A DNA stretch of 57,667 nt from assembly GCF_004010195.1 (NCBI RefSeq), contig NC_057759.1, forward strand, positions 163,644 to 221,310, given 5' to 3'. Source of the stretch: Chiloscyllium plagiosum (Eukaryota). Position 1 is the stretch's first letter; the number at the start of each line of letters is the position of its first letter. This document shows positions 1 through 12,424 of this stretch, in pieces. The notes below the pieces were generated by a model. It had not been told where the DNA came from, made no database searches, and saw only the letters and a list, made by a program, of their open reading frames with translations. The position numbers and the translations under genes were made by a program.

Positions 1-181
1 CCATGCAAAAGCAGCATTTTTCATGCCAGCTTGCACAGACTGACAAACCCTTGGTATAGTTTTGCAGAGTTTTACATCGCTTCATGCAGTTTCTCAGCAA
101 AATAAAATGTAATTCTTCAAAAAAACATGTTCTCCTGGTTTTTTAACTTTGTGCACACTAGTCCAACACTGGCATGAAACA

Positions 182-747
182 ACAAGTAGAGGAAAAACAA
201 AACGGGACTTACACATCGTCTTCCATCAACAAACCTGGTGGTCCAGGTTGCTGAGAGGCCTTATTCCTGGCTGGGGTATTGATATGGCCCTAGATCAGAT
301 AAGTGACCTTGTGTAGGATATCAAAAAACCTGTAACTCGACCGCCCATGCTTTGAAGCTGGTGAACAAAGAGTTACAGGAGACTCACATGATGATGCTTC
401 AGAATCAACTAGTGCTAGATTTCCCCCTTGCTAAAGGAGGAGACATTTGTTCAGTCATTGGCCCGCAATGTTGCACCTACATCGATTATTTCTTGAAAGA
501 CATTTTGGATAATACAGATGTTATCAACAAAACGGGTCAAGACTCAGGGAAGGTACCTGCCCCACAGTCATCTGATTCACGTGGATGGAGTTTTACTTGC
601 TGGCTATGGTCGCTGTACGGATGGATCCCGTGGGACGTACTGATAATCCTTGGTCTCATCCTAGGAATATACATTGTCGTCCACTTATGCATGAAATGGA
701 CCGTACATTGCTTTTCACCGAAGCCAAAGAGGAATCTGATTAATTGA
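182..747 (+). pseudogene. env: Endogenous retrovirus env remnant (end of SU and whole TM subunit, gamma-type env)
   Basis: Basic cleavage site RGKTKR (188-205), then a hydrophobic fusion-peptide-like segment WWSRLLRGLIPGWGIDMAL. A TAG at 314-316 and a frameshift near 325-335 interrupt it. ORF 352-747 has the ISD-like LQNQLVLDFPLAKGGDIC, a CX6CC motif (CSVIGPQCC), a Trp-rich membrane-proximal region and a TM helix VLIILGLILGIYIVV. Confidence 0.9.
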
Positions 748-937
748 CCCATGTCTCCCCCTCGGACATCCAAGTCTGAACTTCCATGCTGAAATCCAGT
801 ATTTTTTAGACTCTGCTCCTCCATACGATGAACTCGCCAGAGGAGACGCTTGACTTATTAAGAATACAAACTGACTGAATGGACTAAGTATACTTGTATA
901 AGCCAAGTAGTTGTCATGAAATAATAAAACAAGAGAA

Positions 938-2465
938 TGAGAAAGTCTATAGCCTTAATACCTGTCTTTAAACATTTAGACTAAAATATAATACTGAATT
1001 ATAGAACACATTTACTGCACTAGAAAATAGACAAGCAGGAAGGCTCAGAAAAAGGGGGAGGGGGGATCTCAGGGAATGCAGAAGATAGCGACATCTGGGC
1101 TCACCAAATGACAACAGGATGCTGTAATGCAATTAAGAACATTTGCCTTAGCATCAGTGAATCAGTGTGAACAGGACACCAAGTGATAACATTCACAGCT
1201 GTTCCCTTGTGAAATTAATGAGAGTGTTTGATTCTGACCCTGAAACGGAACTCAGTACTATCAAAAGATTTGTAATTAACGGCAGGATGCTGCCAATTAT
1301 AATAGATTCTTATTAACCCTTGCAAGCGGGGCAGACAGAGAGAAAAAAATCTTTGCTGACTTGGGAGTTCAAAAGGACACAAGAGGGAGAGACCATTTTA
1401 GTGCTGAGGCTATTGGAGCCTGTAGAAAATTAACACTTAGTGCTTATCTGCTATGGATTGAATTTAACTGCATTTTGGGACTCTATGATGCTATTGAGTA
1501 GCCATTACCAGTTATTAAATACAAACTCTGCAAGAGGTAATATTAATGAAGCTTTAACTTACTTGCTGTTCTTGCAGGCCACTCTACAGACCTTACAGAC
1601 TGCCCCAACTGTCAATTCTAACTAGTCAGATCTTATGTCTTATTTGAATTTGAATCATAATCTTGCAAAGTGTGTTTAATTCGAGACTAATTATTCATTT
1701 TAAATACAACCCTTACAGTAACATTTCAGCCTCAGGTACAGAATGATTCTGTGCTTAAGATATAAAGCAGGAATCTGCTCCTAGCTTAAAATTATTCTAA
1801 ACCTAACATTGAAGAGATTCTGATACAATCTGTCAGGAAGCCATTTTATGGTCAAAAATTTGCCTTCTTTGCAAAGAAGCCATTTCGTAAAACAATGATA
1901 TCAGACATGCGAGCTGTGTAAGGTTACCTTATGACATCTCCCACTTAATTTAGACTGGTACTTCTTTATAGGAACTTATCTTGCGAGCAGATGCTTAACT
2001 CAGCTAGGTATGTTTTTCCTATCTGATGGATAGTTCAAGGCCTGTAGGAGTGATCAGTCAAGCACACACAGATCTGTCAATTAATTTTACTTTCTTACGA
2101 ATTATTGTCTTTCACTGTTATATGTATAATTAAGAACATGCAATGTTTTTGTAAACTTTTGTATAAAAGAAGACACTTTGTGACAGTACATCAGAGTAGC
2201 CTGCTGGGGCACTTGAAGAGATGGTACCCCACTCTCCTAGGTTATTAGAACTCGTTAGTTTAGCTTATAGGTATCATTGTTATGTTGTAACAGTGATGCT
2301 ATTAGTGAATAAAGGGGATGACTAAAGTTAAACTAAACTGTCTGTAAGAGGTTTTTATTGCAGACTTCCAAAAAGAGTACGATCTCCAGGATGACCAAGA
2401 GACATGCTTTACAGGTCTGAGTCCACAAGGGATTCCCTGGGCTGTCTCAAATCTGTACATTAACA
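938..2465 (+). mobile_element. ERV 3' LTR, ~1.5 kb
   Basis: Starts TG after the purine-rich aaaacaagagaa that follows env and ends ...tacattaaCA. TATAAAA at 2162-2168 and AATAAA at 2308-2313. Colinear end to end with 26162-27528. Confidence 0.85.
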
Positions 2466-2495
2466 TAACCACCCGAAGCCTGGAGGAAGAACACC

Positions 2496-3480
2496 AGATG
2501 CTACAGAGATATCTGTCAGGGCCCCAGCTCTTTCCTCTCTTGCATCCCCTAGCAACCTGGGATAAATCCCATCCAATCCTGGGGATTTGTCTATCTTAAT
2601 AACCTCTAGCCTACCCAACACATCTTCCTACTTATTTCAACATGATCTAGAGTAATCAAGCTTCTACCTCTAATCTCAACAGTCATCATGTTCCTGTCCT
2701 CCGTGAACACTGATGCAAAGTTATGATTCAGAATCTCCCCAATTTTCTCAGGTTTGATACATGGCCTTCCTTCCTTATCCTTTAGTGGACCAATCCTTTC
2801 TCTCATTACCCACTTGCTTCCTATATAAGAATAAAAGGCTTTGGGATTTTCCATACTCCTGCTGGCTGAAGCAATGTCATGACCCTTTTTAGCCCACTTG
2901 ATTCCTCGTTTAAGACTGGTCCAACTCTCCTGATATTCCTCCAGGGCCCGTTCTGTTCTTACCTGCCTGGACCTTATGTATGCTTCCCTTTTCCTCATGG
3001 CTAGTTGTACAATTTCTCCTGTCATCCATGGTTCACGATTCTTGTTTTCCCTGTCCCTCACTTTCAATGGGACATGCCTATCCTGCATTATCTTCAACCT
3101 ATCTTTGAAAGCCTCCCACATATCAAATGTGGACTTCCCTTCAAATAGCTGTGTTCAATACCCATTTCACATCTCCTGCCTTATTTTGATATAATTGGCC
3201 TTGGCCCAGTTTAGTACACTTCCCTTAGGACCACTCTCATCTTTGTCTAAGAGTATACTAAAACTTACACAATTGTGGTCACTGTTCCCAAAGGACTCCC
3301 CACAGCAACTTCTACCACCTAGTCTGGCTCACTCCACAACACCAGGTTCAATATGGCCCCTTCCCTCATCGGACTATTGACATACTGCTCTAGAAAACTG
3401 TCCTGGACGCTTCTTACAAATTCTGCCCCATCCAGACCTCTGGCACTAAGTGTATCCCAGTCAATGTTGGGAAAATTAAA
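2496..3480 (-). mobile_element. CR1-clade LINE ORF2, inverted 5' part (endonuclease end to RT start)
   Basis: The minus strand reads FNFPNIDW...FLEQYVNSPMREGAILNLVL at the 3480 end and DKSPGLDGIYPRLL...GALTDISVAS at the 2496 end. Contains ORF 2606-3121. Confidence 0.9.
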
Positions 3481-4863
3481 CAGTGAGGTGCCAGAGGACT
3501 GCAGGGTTGCTCATGTTGTCCCCCTGTACAAGAAGGGTAGTAGGGATATTCCGGGTAACTACACACCAGTGAGCCTGATGTCAGTGGTGGGAAAGTTGCT
3601 GAAGAAGTTACTGAAGGATAAAATCTATTTATATTTGGAAAAGAATGGGCTGATTGGTGATAGGCAACATGATTTTGTGCAGGGGAGTTCGTGCCTTACC
3701 AACTTAATTTAGTTCTTTGAGGAAGTGACCAAGTTGTTAGATGAAGGAAAAGCTGTACATGTCATACACATGGACTTTAGTAAGGCGTTTGATAAGGTTC
3801 CAAGGTAAATTAATGGAGAAAGTGAAGTCACATGATGTGTAGGGTGTTCTAGCCAGTTGGATAAAGAACTGGTTGAGCAACAGGAGACGGAGTAGTACTG
3901 GAAGGGAGTTGCTTGAAAAGGAGAAAGGTGACCAGTGGTGTTCCACAGGTATCAGTGCCGAAGCCACTGATCAGCAAGCTTGCAGATGACACGAAGATTG
4001 GTGGAGTAGCAGAAAGCATAGAGGACTGTCAAAGAATACAGGAGAATATAGGTAGACTGGACAGTTGGGTGGCAAAGTGGCAGATGGAGTTCAATCCAGG
4101 CAAATGTGAGGTGATGCATTTTGCAAAGTCTAATTCTAGAGCGAATTATACAGTAAATGGAAGAGCCTTGGAAAGTTGATGAGCAGAGAGATCTGGGAGT
4201 TCAGGTTCATTGTACCCTGAAGCTTGCTGCACAGGTGGGTAGAGTGGTTAAGAAGGCATACGGTATGTTTGCCTTCATTGGACGTGGTATTGAGTATAAG
4301 AGCTGGCAGGTCATGTTAAAATTCTACAAGATATTGGTTCGTCCGCATTTAGATTACTGTGTCCACTTCTGGTCGCCACATTACCAAAAGGATGTGGACG
4401 CATTGGATAGGGTGCAGAGGAGGTTTACGAGGATGTTGCCTGATATGGAAGGTGCTAGCTATAAAGGGAAGCTGAGTCGGTTAGGATTGTTTTCATTAGA
4501 AACTAGAAGATTGAGGGGGGAACCTAATTGAGATCTACAAAATCATGAAGGGTATAGACAGGGAAGATAGAGATACGTTTTTCCCAGGGTGACATGTTCA
4601 AGGTGAGAGATGAAAAGTTTAAGGTGGATATACGCGACAATTATTCAACACAGAGTGGTAGGTGCCTAAAATGCATTGCCAGTAGAGGCAGGCAGGTAGA
4701 TTCATTTAAGATGCCTCTGGACAGATGTATGAGTAGATGGGGAGCAGAGGAATACAGATGCTTAGGAATTGACCGACAGGTTTAGACAGTGGATTTGGAT
4801 CCACTCAGGCCTGGAGGGCCAAAGGGCCTGTTCCTGGGCTATAAGTTTTCTTTGTTCTTTGTT
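3481..4863 (+). mobile_element. CR1-clade LINE RT and 3' end (degenerate)
   Basis: EVPEDCRVAHVVPLYKKG, SGVPQ, KLADDTKIGG, WQMEFNPGKCEVMHF, LVRPHLDYCVHFWSP, followed by a (tctttgt)n tail. Confidence 0.92.
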
Positions 4864-4865
4864 AT

Positions 4866-5045
4866 ATTGCCTTCCTAACCGCCAACTGAACCTGCCTGTT
4901 AACCTGAAGAGAATCCTGAACTCGGACTCCCAAGTCCCTTTGTGCTTCAGATTTCCGAAACCTTCCCCCATTTAGGAACCAGTCTCCGCCTCGATTCTTC
5001 TAAACCCATTGCATACCCTCCCACACTGTCATCCATCTGCCAACC
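4866..5045 (-). mobile_element. CR1 LINE RT fragment
   Basis: Closely resembles the CR1 piece at 51640-51750. Confidence 0.7.
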
Positions 5046-5279
5046 GAACCTTAACAGGATCCTGAACTCGGACTCACCCCCGAGGACCTTGTTTGTGCTT
5101 CAGGCCTGGCAGCATCTGTCCAGAGACAGACAGAGAGAAAGCGGAGTCAACGTTTCGAGTCCGGGGCAGCCGTCCTTCGGGAGAGTGGCCTTTGGTCTTG
5201 ATGTGCCGCCGCACAATTTCTTGTTCACTCCCACCTCTCTGTCTGTGTGTGTATTTGTCATTATTATTGAGTTTGGCGA

Positions 5280-5585
5280 GTCCCGGAGCCGGCCCTGTTG
5301 TTTCTCTCTCCTGAAAGGGTTGTCCCTTTAAAGAGCCTTTCCCCTGAAGCAGCTGCTAACGGTCACTTGGGGCACGAGGCGGCCGTTAACCGCCATCTCG
5401 CGCGGGGCCTGAAGCTAAAATGGCGCCGGGGCCACGCGGGAAGGAAAAGTGCCGAGGGACAGCGGACTGTGTCAACATGTCCCGTTCCCGAGGGTCAGGA
5501 TGGTGGTTATTGGGGGGTGGAGGGGGATAGGAGAGATTCCCCCTCCCAGTGAGGAATCTTGTACAGACCGCGAGGTCTCGCTCCG
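5280..5585. promoter_or_regulatory. CpG-rich promoter-like segment with YY1 motifs
   Basis: Local CpG enrichment in a CpG-poor background. AAAATGGCG at 5417-5425 and CGCCATCT at 5391-5398. Confidence 0.5.
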
Positions 5586-5915
5586 TCTCTATACATCTAT
5601 CTTTCTCTGTAACTGTCTGATTATGGCTTGCTTTAATTCTCTGATTATGTCGATTGTTCTTGTACAAAAGAGGTCTCTTTCTTTATGTATCTCCGTGTCT
5701 CTGTCTCTCTCTGTTTGCCTGTCTATGACTTGCTTTAACTCTGTCGATTAGCCTCGATGACACTGTGATTTTGTGCCTCTTTCTGACTCTGTTTGACTGT
5801 GTTTCTTTAAACCTCTATGTCCCTGTGTGTGTCTATGTCTCTCTCTGTTTCTCCCTCCCTCTCTGTGACCCTCTGACTCTCAGTGACTCTGCAACTCTCT
5901 CTGACTGTATGGTGA
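5585..5915. repeat. CT/GT-rich low-complexity tract
   Basis: Degenerate (ct)n, (ctgt)n and ctgact units. Confidence 0.6.
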
Positions 5916-5983
5916 GAGTACTGTTTGTTGCTGAACACAACTCCTGCCTTAGAAAAGTGCCTAACAGTTTGCTTTAATCACAG

Positions 5984-6258
5984 GTATCCCTGTGTCAGTC
6001 CTAGAGCTGAGTGTCCACACTGGAAATGAGGTAATGGAGGGAGACAGCACCTTGTTAAACTACTCTGTTCGACCCCAGTTGAATATATTTTCTGTAAGGA
6101 TGGTGAAGAAATGTAGTGGGAATACACCAACCACTGCAGAACCGTACACACAATCATCAATATCAGCAAAAGTCAAGAGGGCAATTAGCACTGTGCTGTT
6201 TCTAACCAGCAGGCAGAGTCTCTCCTGAACAGCAAATATATCGCCATTTCAGTGCGTT
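5984..6258 (+). pseudogene. Ig C2-type domain exon of the FCRL-like pseudogene
   Basis: Branch point CTAAC (5961-5965) and acceptor tttaatcacAG. Phase-1 translation GIPVSVLELSVHTGNEVMEGDSTLLNYSV (B-strand Cys replaced by Tyr, 6061-6063), a frameshift near 6070, then STPVEYIFCKDGEEM*WEYTNHCRTVHTIINISKSQEGN*HCAVSNQQAESLLNSKYIAISVR. The donor site is degenerate. Confidence 0.85.
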
Positions 6259-6289
6259 TTTGAGCACCTCTATACAAATTGACATGATC

Positions 6290-7200
6290 AGAGCAATGTG
6301 ATGGCACCAGGGAAGCATGCAGAGGGAGATTTACCAGGATGTTACCTTGGGGGCTGGAAAGTTTCAGTGATGGAGAGAGATTGGACAGACTGGGGTTGTT
6401 TTCCTTCGAGCAAGGCAGATTGAGTGTGTGGGGACATGATTTAGATGTATAAAATGATGAGGGGCGTAGACAGGAAGAAACCTCCCCCACCCCCTTGAAG
6501 GAGGGATCAATGACTGGGGGAGGGGCATAGACTGAAGTTAAGGGATAGGAGGTTCAGAGGGGAATGTGAGGGAAAACATTTTCACTCAAGGGGTGGTAGG
6601 GAATTTGGAACTCACTGCCAGTAAGGGGGGGAGAGGCAGAAATCCTCATCACATCGAAGAACGATTTAGATGTGCAGTTCCAATCCAAGGCTAGAGAAGG
6701 ATATTGTGCCTATGGAGGGAATGCAGCGAAGGTTTCCCAGAATGATTCCTGGGATGGCAGGACTGACAGATGGAGAGAGACTGGAATGATTAGGATGACA
6801 CTCACTGGAATTTAGAAGAATTGAGCGGGAATCTCACAGAAACCTATAAATTTGAACAAGGTTGAAACAGAATAAACATTGAGAGGGTGTTGCCAGTGAC
6901 CAGGCGGAGAGTCCAGAACCAGGGGATCACAGTCAAAAGGAAATTGAGTGGGACTGAGATGGGGAGAAATGACTTTACCCAGAGAGTGGGGAGCCTGTGG
7001 AATTCTCTGTCACAGAAAGCAGTCAGGGCCAGAATACTGAATGTTGTTCAGGAAGGAGTTGAATTGAGTTCTTTGGGGCTAAATGGAGAGTGCGGGGAGA
7101 CAGGGGACTGTATTGGGTGATCAGCCATGATCCCTTTGAATGGGCGGAGCAGACTAGTGGAGCCGAATGGCCCCCTCCTGATGAGATTTTCAATGTTTCT
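6290..7200 (+). mobile_element. Two old CR1 LINE 3' fragments in tandem
   Basis: Typical CR1 3' ORF2 and tail motifs (gagatttaccaggatgttacc, gactggggttgttttcc, ctgtggaattctctg). Confidence 0.7.
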
Positions 7201-7567
7201 CTGTGAATGGCCCAGTTGCCGCTGACTGGTGGAGGACAAGGCAAGTTTTGCCTCGATTATATGCAGGCCGTGAAAATGAGGGACAGTAATTTCTAGTTGA
7301 CAATTTAGAGAGAGTTGGTGCAGAGTGATCTTTTGAGTTTAGCATCGAATAGTTTGGGTTGGATTGGTTAGATGTTGTTAATGAGACAGGCTGCACAAAA
7401 GCAATGATACTACTGCGATGGTGAGGGTTTGGAGGGAATTTTCAGACACGAGGGTTTTCCTCCAAACGAACGAGTGTTGGCAGGGGGTTCAGGGCGACAG
7501 GGAACACTGGGGTTGGTGTTTGCTGAAGGGATGATGTTATTGACAGGAAATCCCTCTCTGAATCCAG

Positions 7568-7669
7568 CACAGGCACACAGCACTGAGATGGCAGTACTCA
7601 TTGTCCCACTGTTTCTGATCCTTTCTCTCCTCGCATTGCTTCCCATTAAACTCCGAGATTGGAAACAAG
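7568..7669 (+). pseudogene. Transmembrane exon of the FCRL-like pseudogene
   Basis: Acceptor ctctctgaatccAG, phase 1. QAHSTEMAVLIVPLFLILSLLALLPIKLRDWKQ is an uncharged helix followed by basic residues. The donor reads ttgagt instead of gtgagt. Confidence 0.8.
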
Positions 7670-7754
7670 TTGAGTGAGACATTCCTGCAGGTAACCCCGG
7701 CGATTGTTCTCCAGTTGGCACTCGATGTAGGTTTCAAACTGATATTGCTCATAT

Positions 7755-7905
7755 AGTGTGTGTATGAGAGAGTATGTGTGTGAGTGCGTTTGAGTGAGAG
7801 TATGAAAGTGTACATGTCTGTGTGAGAGAGAGAGACACATACACACACATTCTCATTGACACTTACGCAGACTTTCACGTGCACACTCACACACTCACTC
7901 AGTCA
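7755..7905. repeat. (GT)n/(GA)n/(CA)n microsatellite mix
   Basis: Directly visible dinucleotide runs. Confidence 0.7.
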
Positions 7906-7974
7906 TGTCTGCAGTGCACATTGTAGACCACATTTAAGAATCTGAACACCGTCCAGGGACAACACAGCCCCAAG

Positions 7975-8345
7975 CGCGCTCAGTAGCAGCTATGAGATGC
8001 CCTGCAGAAATTCACCAAAGATCCTCAGGCAGCACCTTCCAAACCCACAACCATGTCCATCTAGAAGGACAAGCACAGCAGATACATGAGAATACCACCT
8101 CCTGCAAGTTTCCCTCTGAGCCACTCACCATCCCAACTTGGAAATATATCAGCCATTCATTTAGTGTCGCTGGGTCAAAATCCTGTAGTTCCCTATCGAA
8201 TGGTATCGTGGGTCGACCTACAGCACAGGGACTGTGGTGGTTCAAGAAGGCAGTTCATTACCTCCTTCTCAAGAGGCCAAAGAGGGATGGATAATAAATT
8301 CTCGGCCCAGCCAGTGATTTTCACAACCCACCAGTGAATTAAAAA
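7975..8345 (+). mobile_element. LINE 3'-end fragment
   Basis: A reverse-complement homolog lies at ~52870-53390, with related ends at 13190-13305 and 48890-48980. Ends in an A-rich tail. Confidence 0.65.
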
Positions 8346-8604
8346 AGAAATAAAGCTCTATTTGGGAATGTGCTTTGTGAGGATGTCGGCAGGCTGAACA
8401 AGTGGCAGACGAAATTACTTGGGGAGACATACAAAACAATGTGGTGTGTTCAGAGGAATGGTCAGCACAGATATAAACTAAAGGTTAAAATTGGAATAAT
8501 TGTTCTTGCGCATCAGTCAAAGAACCCAGATTCAGTTGCTAGCAGGTGAAGCTGAATATTTGCAGTGAAACTTTCCAATGTTCTTTCTCTCTTATTTTCT
8601 CCAG

Positions 8605-8635
8605 CTGATTCTTCGAGCAGTTCCCAGTGGCACAG
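8605..8635 (+). pseudogene. Short cytoplasmic exon 1 (31 nt, phase 1 to 2)
   Basis: Strong acceptor ttctttctctcttattttctccAG and donor AG/gtaatt. Reads ADSSSSSQWH(R), in phase with the TM exon. Confidence 0.7.
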
Positions 8636-8829
8636 GTAATTTAGTGAGGTGGTTAGCAACTTCAAACAGCATTCAAACACTGTCTGAATGGGCTGTAAAT
8701 CACTCTGGGATGCAAACCTGGCAATTTTATATTTGTTCGACAAATTGGAGCAAATGAACTGTTGTGTCTGACTCGTTTGCAAATCTAAAGCACAACCGTT
8801 CAAATTGATGACACACTCACAATTTCCGT

Positions 8830-10990
8830 TAGACAGTGAACTGAGCGTTGGTCAGTCGCATTAGCAGTGAAGTTATCCATTGCAGTTGGAAGAATTGAAA
8901 CAGGGAACTTATCATCTGAATAGGAGAGAAAGTTCAAAATGTCAGTGCAAAGGCTACAGCAGGTCACAAGGAAGACATTTATTGCGAATGGAATTGAGTA
9001 TGGAAGTAGGTAATTGTTACTGCAACTGTACAAGGGATTGGGGTTTCCACATCCGGAGTACTGCAGACAGTTTTGGTCCCTTTACTTGAGGAGGGATGTA
9101 GTTGAATTGGAGGGAGTTCAAAGGAGATCACTGAATTGATGGCCCTGATGAAAGTTTAGTCTTATGAGAAGAGACTGGTACAATTTTGATCTCTTTACTT
9201 GAGGACAGATGCAGTTTATACTGGAGGTAGTTCAGAGGAGATTCTCACAATCATTTCCAGAAATGAAGGGTTTGTCTCGGATGAGCGATTGAGCAGTTTC
9301 TCTGGAGTTTGTAAGAGAGGAGATTGAACTGAAGGTTATAAAATGCTAAAGGGAGTATTGACAAAGGCGTTGGAGAGAGGATGTTTGCTCATGTGGGAGA
9401 ATCTAGAACAAGAGGTTATCATTTCAGGATAAGGCAGACTGAAAACAGAGGTAAGGAGGAATGAATTCTCTCAAATGAGGAAAGGGTTGTAAATCTGTGG
9501 GATCACTCCTTCCAACCCCCACCACTCAGGACTCTGCATAAATTGAAGGAGGAGACAGACAGATTGTTAATCAGTGATGGATCAAAGGGTGTGTTTGCAG
9601 GAAAGTGGAGTTGAGGCTGAGATGGGATCAGCTACGATCGTATGGAATAATGGAGCAGGTTCCTGATGAGCCAAATGGACTCAAACTTAATTTTCACCCT
9701 CCTAGTAGTTTTGCTACTAACTAATAATATATATCCACAAGAACATACAGGCTCGGATCAGGTTAATTTAGCAAAATAGGTTTTAATTTGTGAACATTGT
9801 AAATTAAATACAAAAGTGATTCCACACAAATTTGGTGAAGGATGTTGGTTGAAAGAAACAAAAAGACAATACAAAGTAGGGGGTAAAATTCTAAAGAGGG
9901 TGCAGGAGCAGAGGGAGTTGGGGGTATGTATCCACAGATCAGTGAAGGCGGCTTAAGTAGGGGAGAGCAGTTAACGAAACGCACAGCATCCTCAGCTTTA
10001 TTAATAGGGGCATAGAGTCCAAGAACAAGGAGGTGATGTTGATATTGAAGTTGTAGAAGACACTGGTGGACCTCAGCTGGAGTGTCAGAGAGTGATAACT
10101 GATAGGTAGTGGTTCAACCTGAGGGTTACCATGCCTCACACAAGGGAAGGAGTAGAGGAGGACAGTCCTTCATGGTAACCTCAGTCATTGAGAGATTCAA
10201 ACCCACGCTGTCGATGTTACTCCACATTCCAAACCAATTATCCAGCCAACTGAGCTAACCTGACACCCAACACAAAGCAGAGAGCAGAAAAGAAATTAAT
10301 CCCGGTGACAGCACAAGTCTTGAATGGAGGATATTAGATTATGTTGGAGATACATCTTTGATCTGTTGGGTATTTCTTTATATGTGTGTAACACCTTACC
10401 TTCATAGGCAACAGTAGCTGAATTTAGAAATACATTTGATAAAGGGAGTTGGCCTTCTATTACCCAGGCTGGTTTTCTTCTGTTCTGGACACCTTACTTA
10501 AGGAAGGATGCTTAAACCCTGGATACAGTGTGAAGGAGATTTACGAGAATGATCACAACGATGAGGGATTTTAGATTCAGGGAAAGGTTCAAGAGATTGA
10601 GCTTATTCGCTTTTGAGCAGAGAAGATGAAATGTTGACCTTATTGAGACGTTGAAAGTTTGAACAATTCTGACGGGAAAGCAAGTTATTGTTTCCCACTC
10701 ATTGGTCTATTAGTAACTGGCTGGTCAGAATTTCAAGATTGTCAGTGAGAGTGTGAGATGAGGAGAAACTTATTGAGGTTGTTGGGTTTGGAATGTGCTG
10801 CTTGGGAGAGTGGTGGAGGCGGATTGCATCGGAGGTTTGAAAAGAGAGCTGGATATAAATTTGAAAGAGATGATGGTAGAGGGCAACAGAGATAGGGCTG
10901 GAGACTTGGACTTGCTGGGTAGCTCGTTCAGGAGCTGGTACATACATGAATGGTATCCTTCCATACAGTAAAAGTTTATGAATCTATGAA
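8830..10990 (+). mobile_element. Cluster of degenerate CR1 LINE fragments and one SINE-like piece (~10110-10270)
   Basis: Recurrent CR1 RT C-terminal and 3' UTR motifs. The SINE-like piece recurs at ~14530-14670 and ~55497-55635. Confidence 0.6.
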
Positions 10991-11158
10991 CATACAAGTT
11001 CTGAGCCACGTTTCGGATAATTCCAGGAGGTCATTCCTTGGGACCTTGGCTCAGTGACCTCGTTGCCAGGGGTTTTTGTACGCAAACAGCAGCAAATTGT
11101 TGTCACGAGCGGGATTGGAACTTGGTTGGGTAATGGTCTAGAAATATTTCATTTCAAG

Positions 11159-11248
11159 GGAGGCGATGGAAGATCAAGCTGAGGGCATGAGTGAGGACAG
11201 ACCTGCAAGAAATTTCGAATGCACAGATCGGGTCAAGCCGATTAAATG
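11159..11248 (+). pseudogene. Cytoplasmic exon 2
   Basis: Acceptor atttcatttcaAG and donor TG/gtgagt. The phase-2 start continues exon 8605-8635 and gives an open frame (R)EAMEDQAEGMSEDRPARNFECTDRVKPIK. Confidence 0.6.
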
Positions 11249-11349
11249 GTGAGTATGATTCTGTGAGGTGCTGATCCTGCACCGTCACATATTGGTCAGA
11301 ATTAATGCTGATATTTATCTGATTGGGAAGATCCGCAAAAACAAATCTC

Positions 11350-12305
11350 TTCCTGGAAGTGTTGGAGGGAAGTTTCTGTTGTTTCCTTTACAACAGAGGT
11401 TGATGGGGGAGGGGGAACATGACAGAGGTGTGTAAGATTGGTAGTGTTGTCGAGCAGAGCACCTGAGGGGTTCAGGTCCATAATTCTTTGGAGTTTGTGT
11501 CACAGGTAGACAGGGTGTTTCAGAAGGTGTTTAGAACACTTGCCTTCATTGTACAGACCATTGAGTGTTGGAGTTCGGACACCATGTTGTGGTTGTACAG
11601 GACACGGGTGAAGCCTGCTGTGGTGTATTGTGTCCAGTTCTGGTTGCCCTATTAGAGGAAGGACATTATTAAGCTGGAGAGGGTTCAGAAAAGATATACC
11701 AAAATGTTGTTGGGAATGGAGAGTTTGAGTTATAAGGATGGACTGGGACTATTTTCACTGGAGAGTAGAAGTTTGAGAGGTGTAGAGGTTTATGAAATCA
11801 TGATGGGTATAGATGAGGTGAATGGCAGGTGTCTTTTCCCTAGGGTGGGGGACTTCAAGACCAGAGGACATATTTTTCAGTTGAGAAGAGAAACATTTTT
11901 GAAAATGACATGATGGGTAACATTTTTTGACGGAGAGTGGTTCACGTGTGGATTGAACTTTCAGAGGAAGTGGCAGATACGGGGTCAGTTACAATATTTA
12001 AAAGACATTTAGTTAGTACAAGAATAGGAAAGGTTGGAGAGATAAGGGCCAAGTGCAAACAAGTTGGACTGTTTAGTTTGAGATTATGAACGGCATGGAT
12101 TAGTTGGACTGAAGGGTCTGATTCCTTGCTGAGTGACTCTATGACTCTATTATGAGGGACATGGCCAGGGAGGACAGGAAGCAGCTGTTTCCCTTAGTCA
12201 AAGGGTCAGTAACAAGGGGGGACATCATTTTAAAGTGAAGGGTACGGGGTTTCGATAGTGATTTGAGGATTGTTTCACCCAGAGGACAACGGGGATCTGG
12301 AATGT
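11350..12305 (+). mobile_element. CR1/HER1-type LINE 3' fragment(s)
   Basis: ORF 11704-11913 (LGLFSLESRSLRG...LFPRVGDFKTRGH) and tail gactctatgactctat. Confidence 0.8.
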
Positions 12306-12424
12306 GTGAAGAAAAAAAAATTTGGAATTTCAATTTCTATTTGAACTCACTAATTGTTCCGGTGTGTGGGAATGCCACTTTGTAACTGCAAGTGGTTGCA
12401 TGATTTATTAATGTGGAATATTCG

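Noticed and set aside
1048..1066. Purine run as the polypurine tract marking the LTR start
   Set aside because: Homology with the solo LTR extends upstream to the TG at 938, so this run lies inside U3.
7527..7625. C/D-box snoRNA-like pattern (atgatg...ctga with a short terminal stem)
   Set aside because: Box C is imperfect and the segment overlaps the acceptor and body of the TM exon, which explains it better.
11166..11252. ATG in good Kozak context as the start of an independent gene
   Set aside because: The frame continues in phase from exon 8605-8635, so an internal cytoplasmic exon is simpler.
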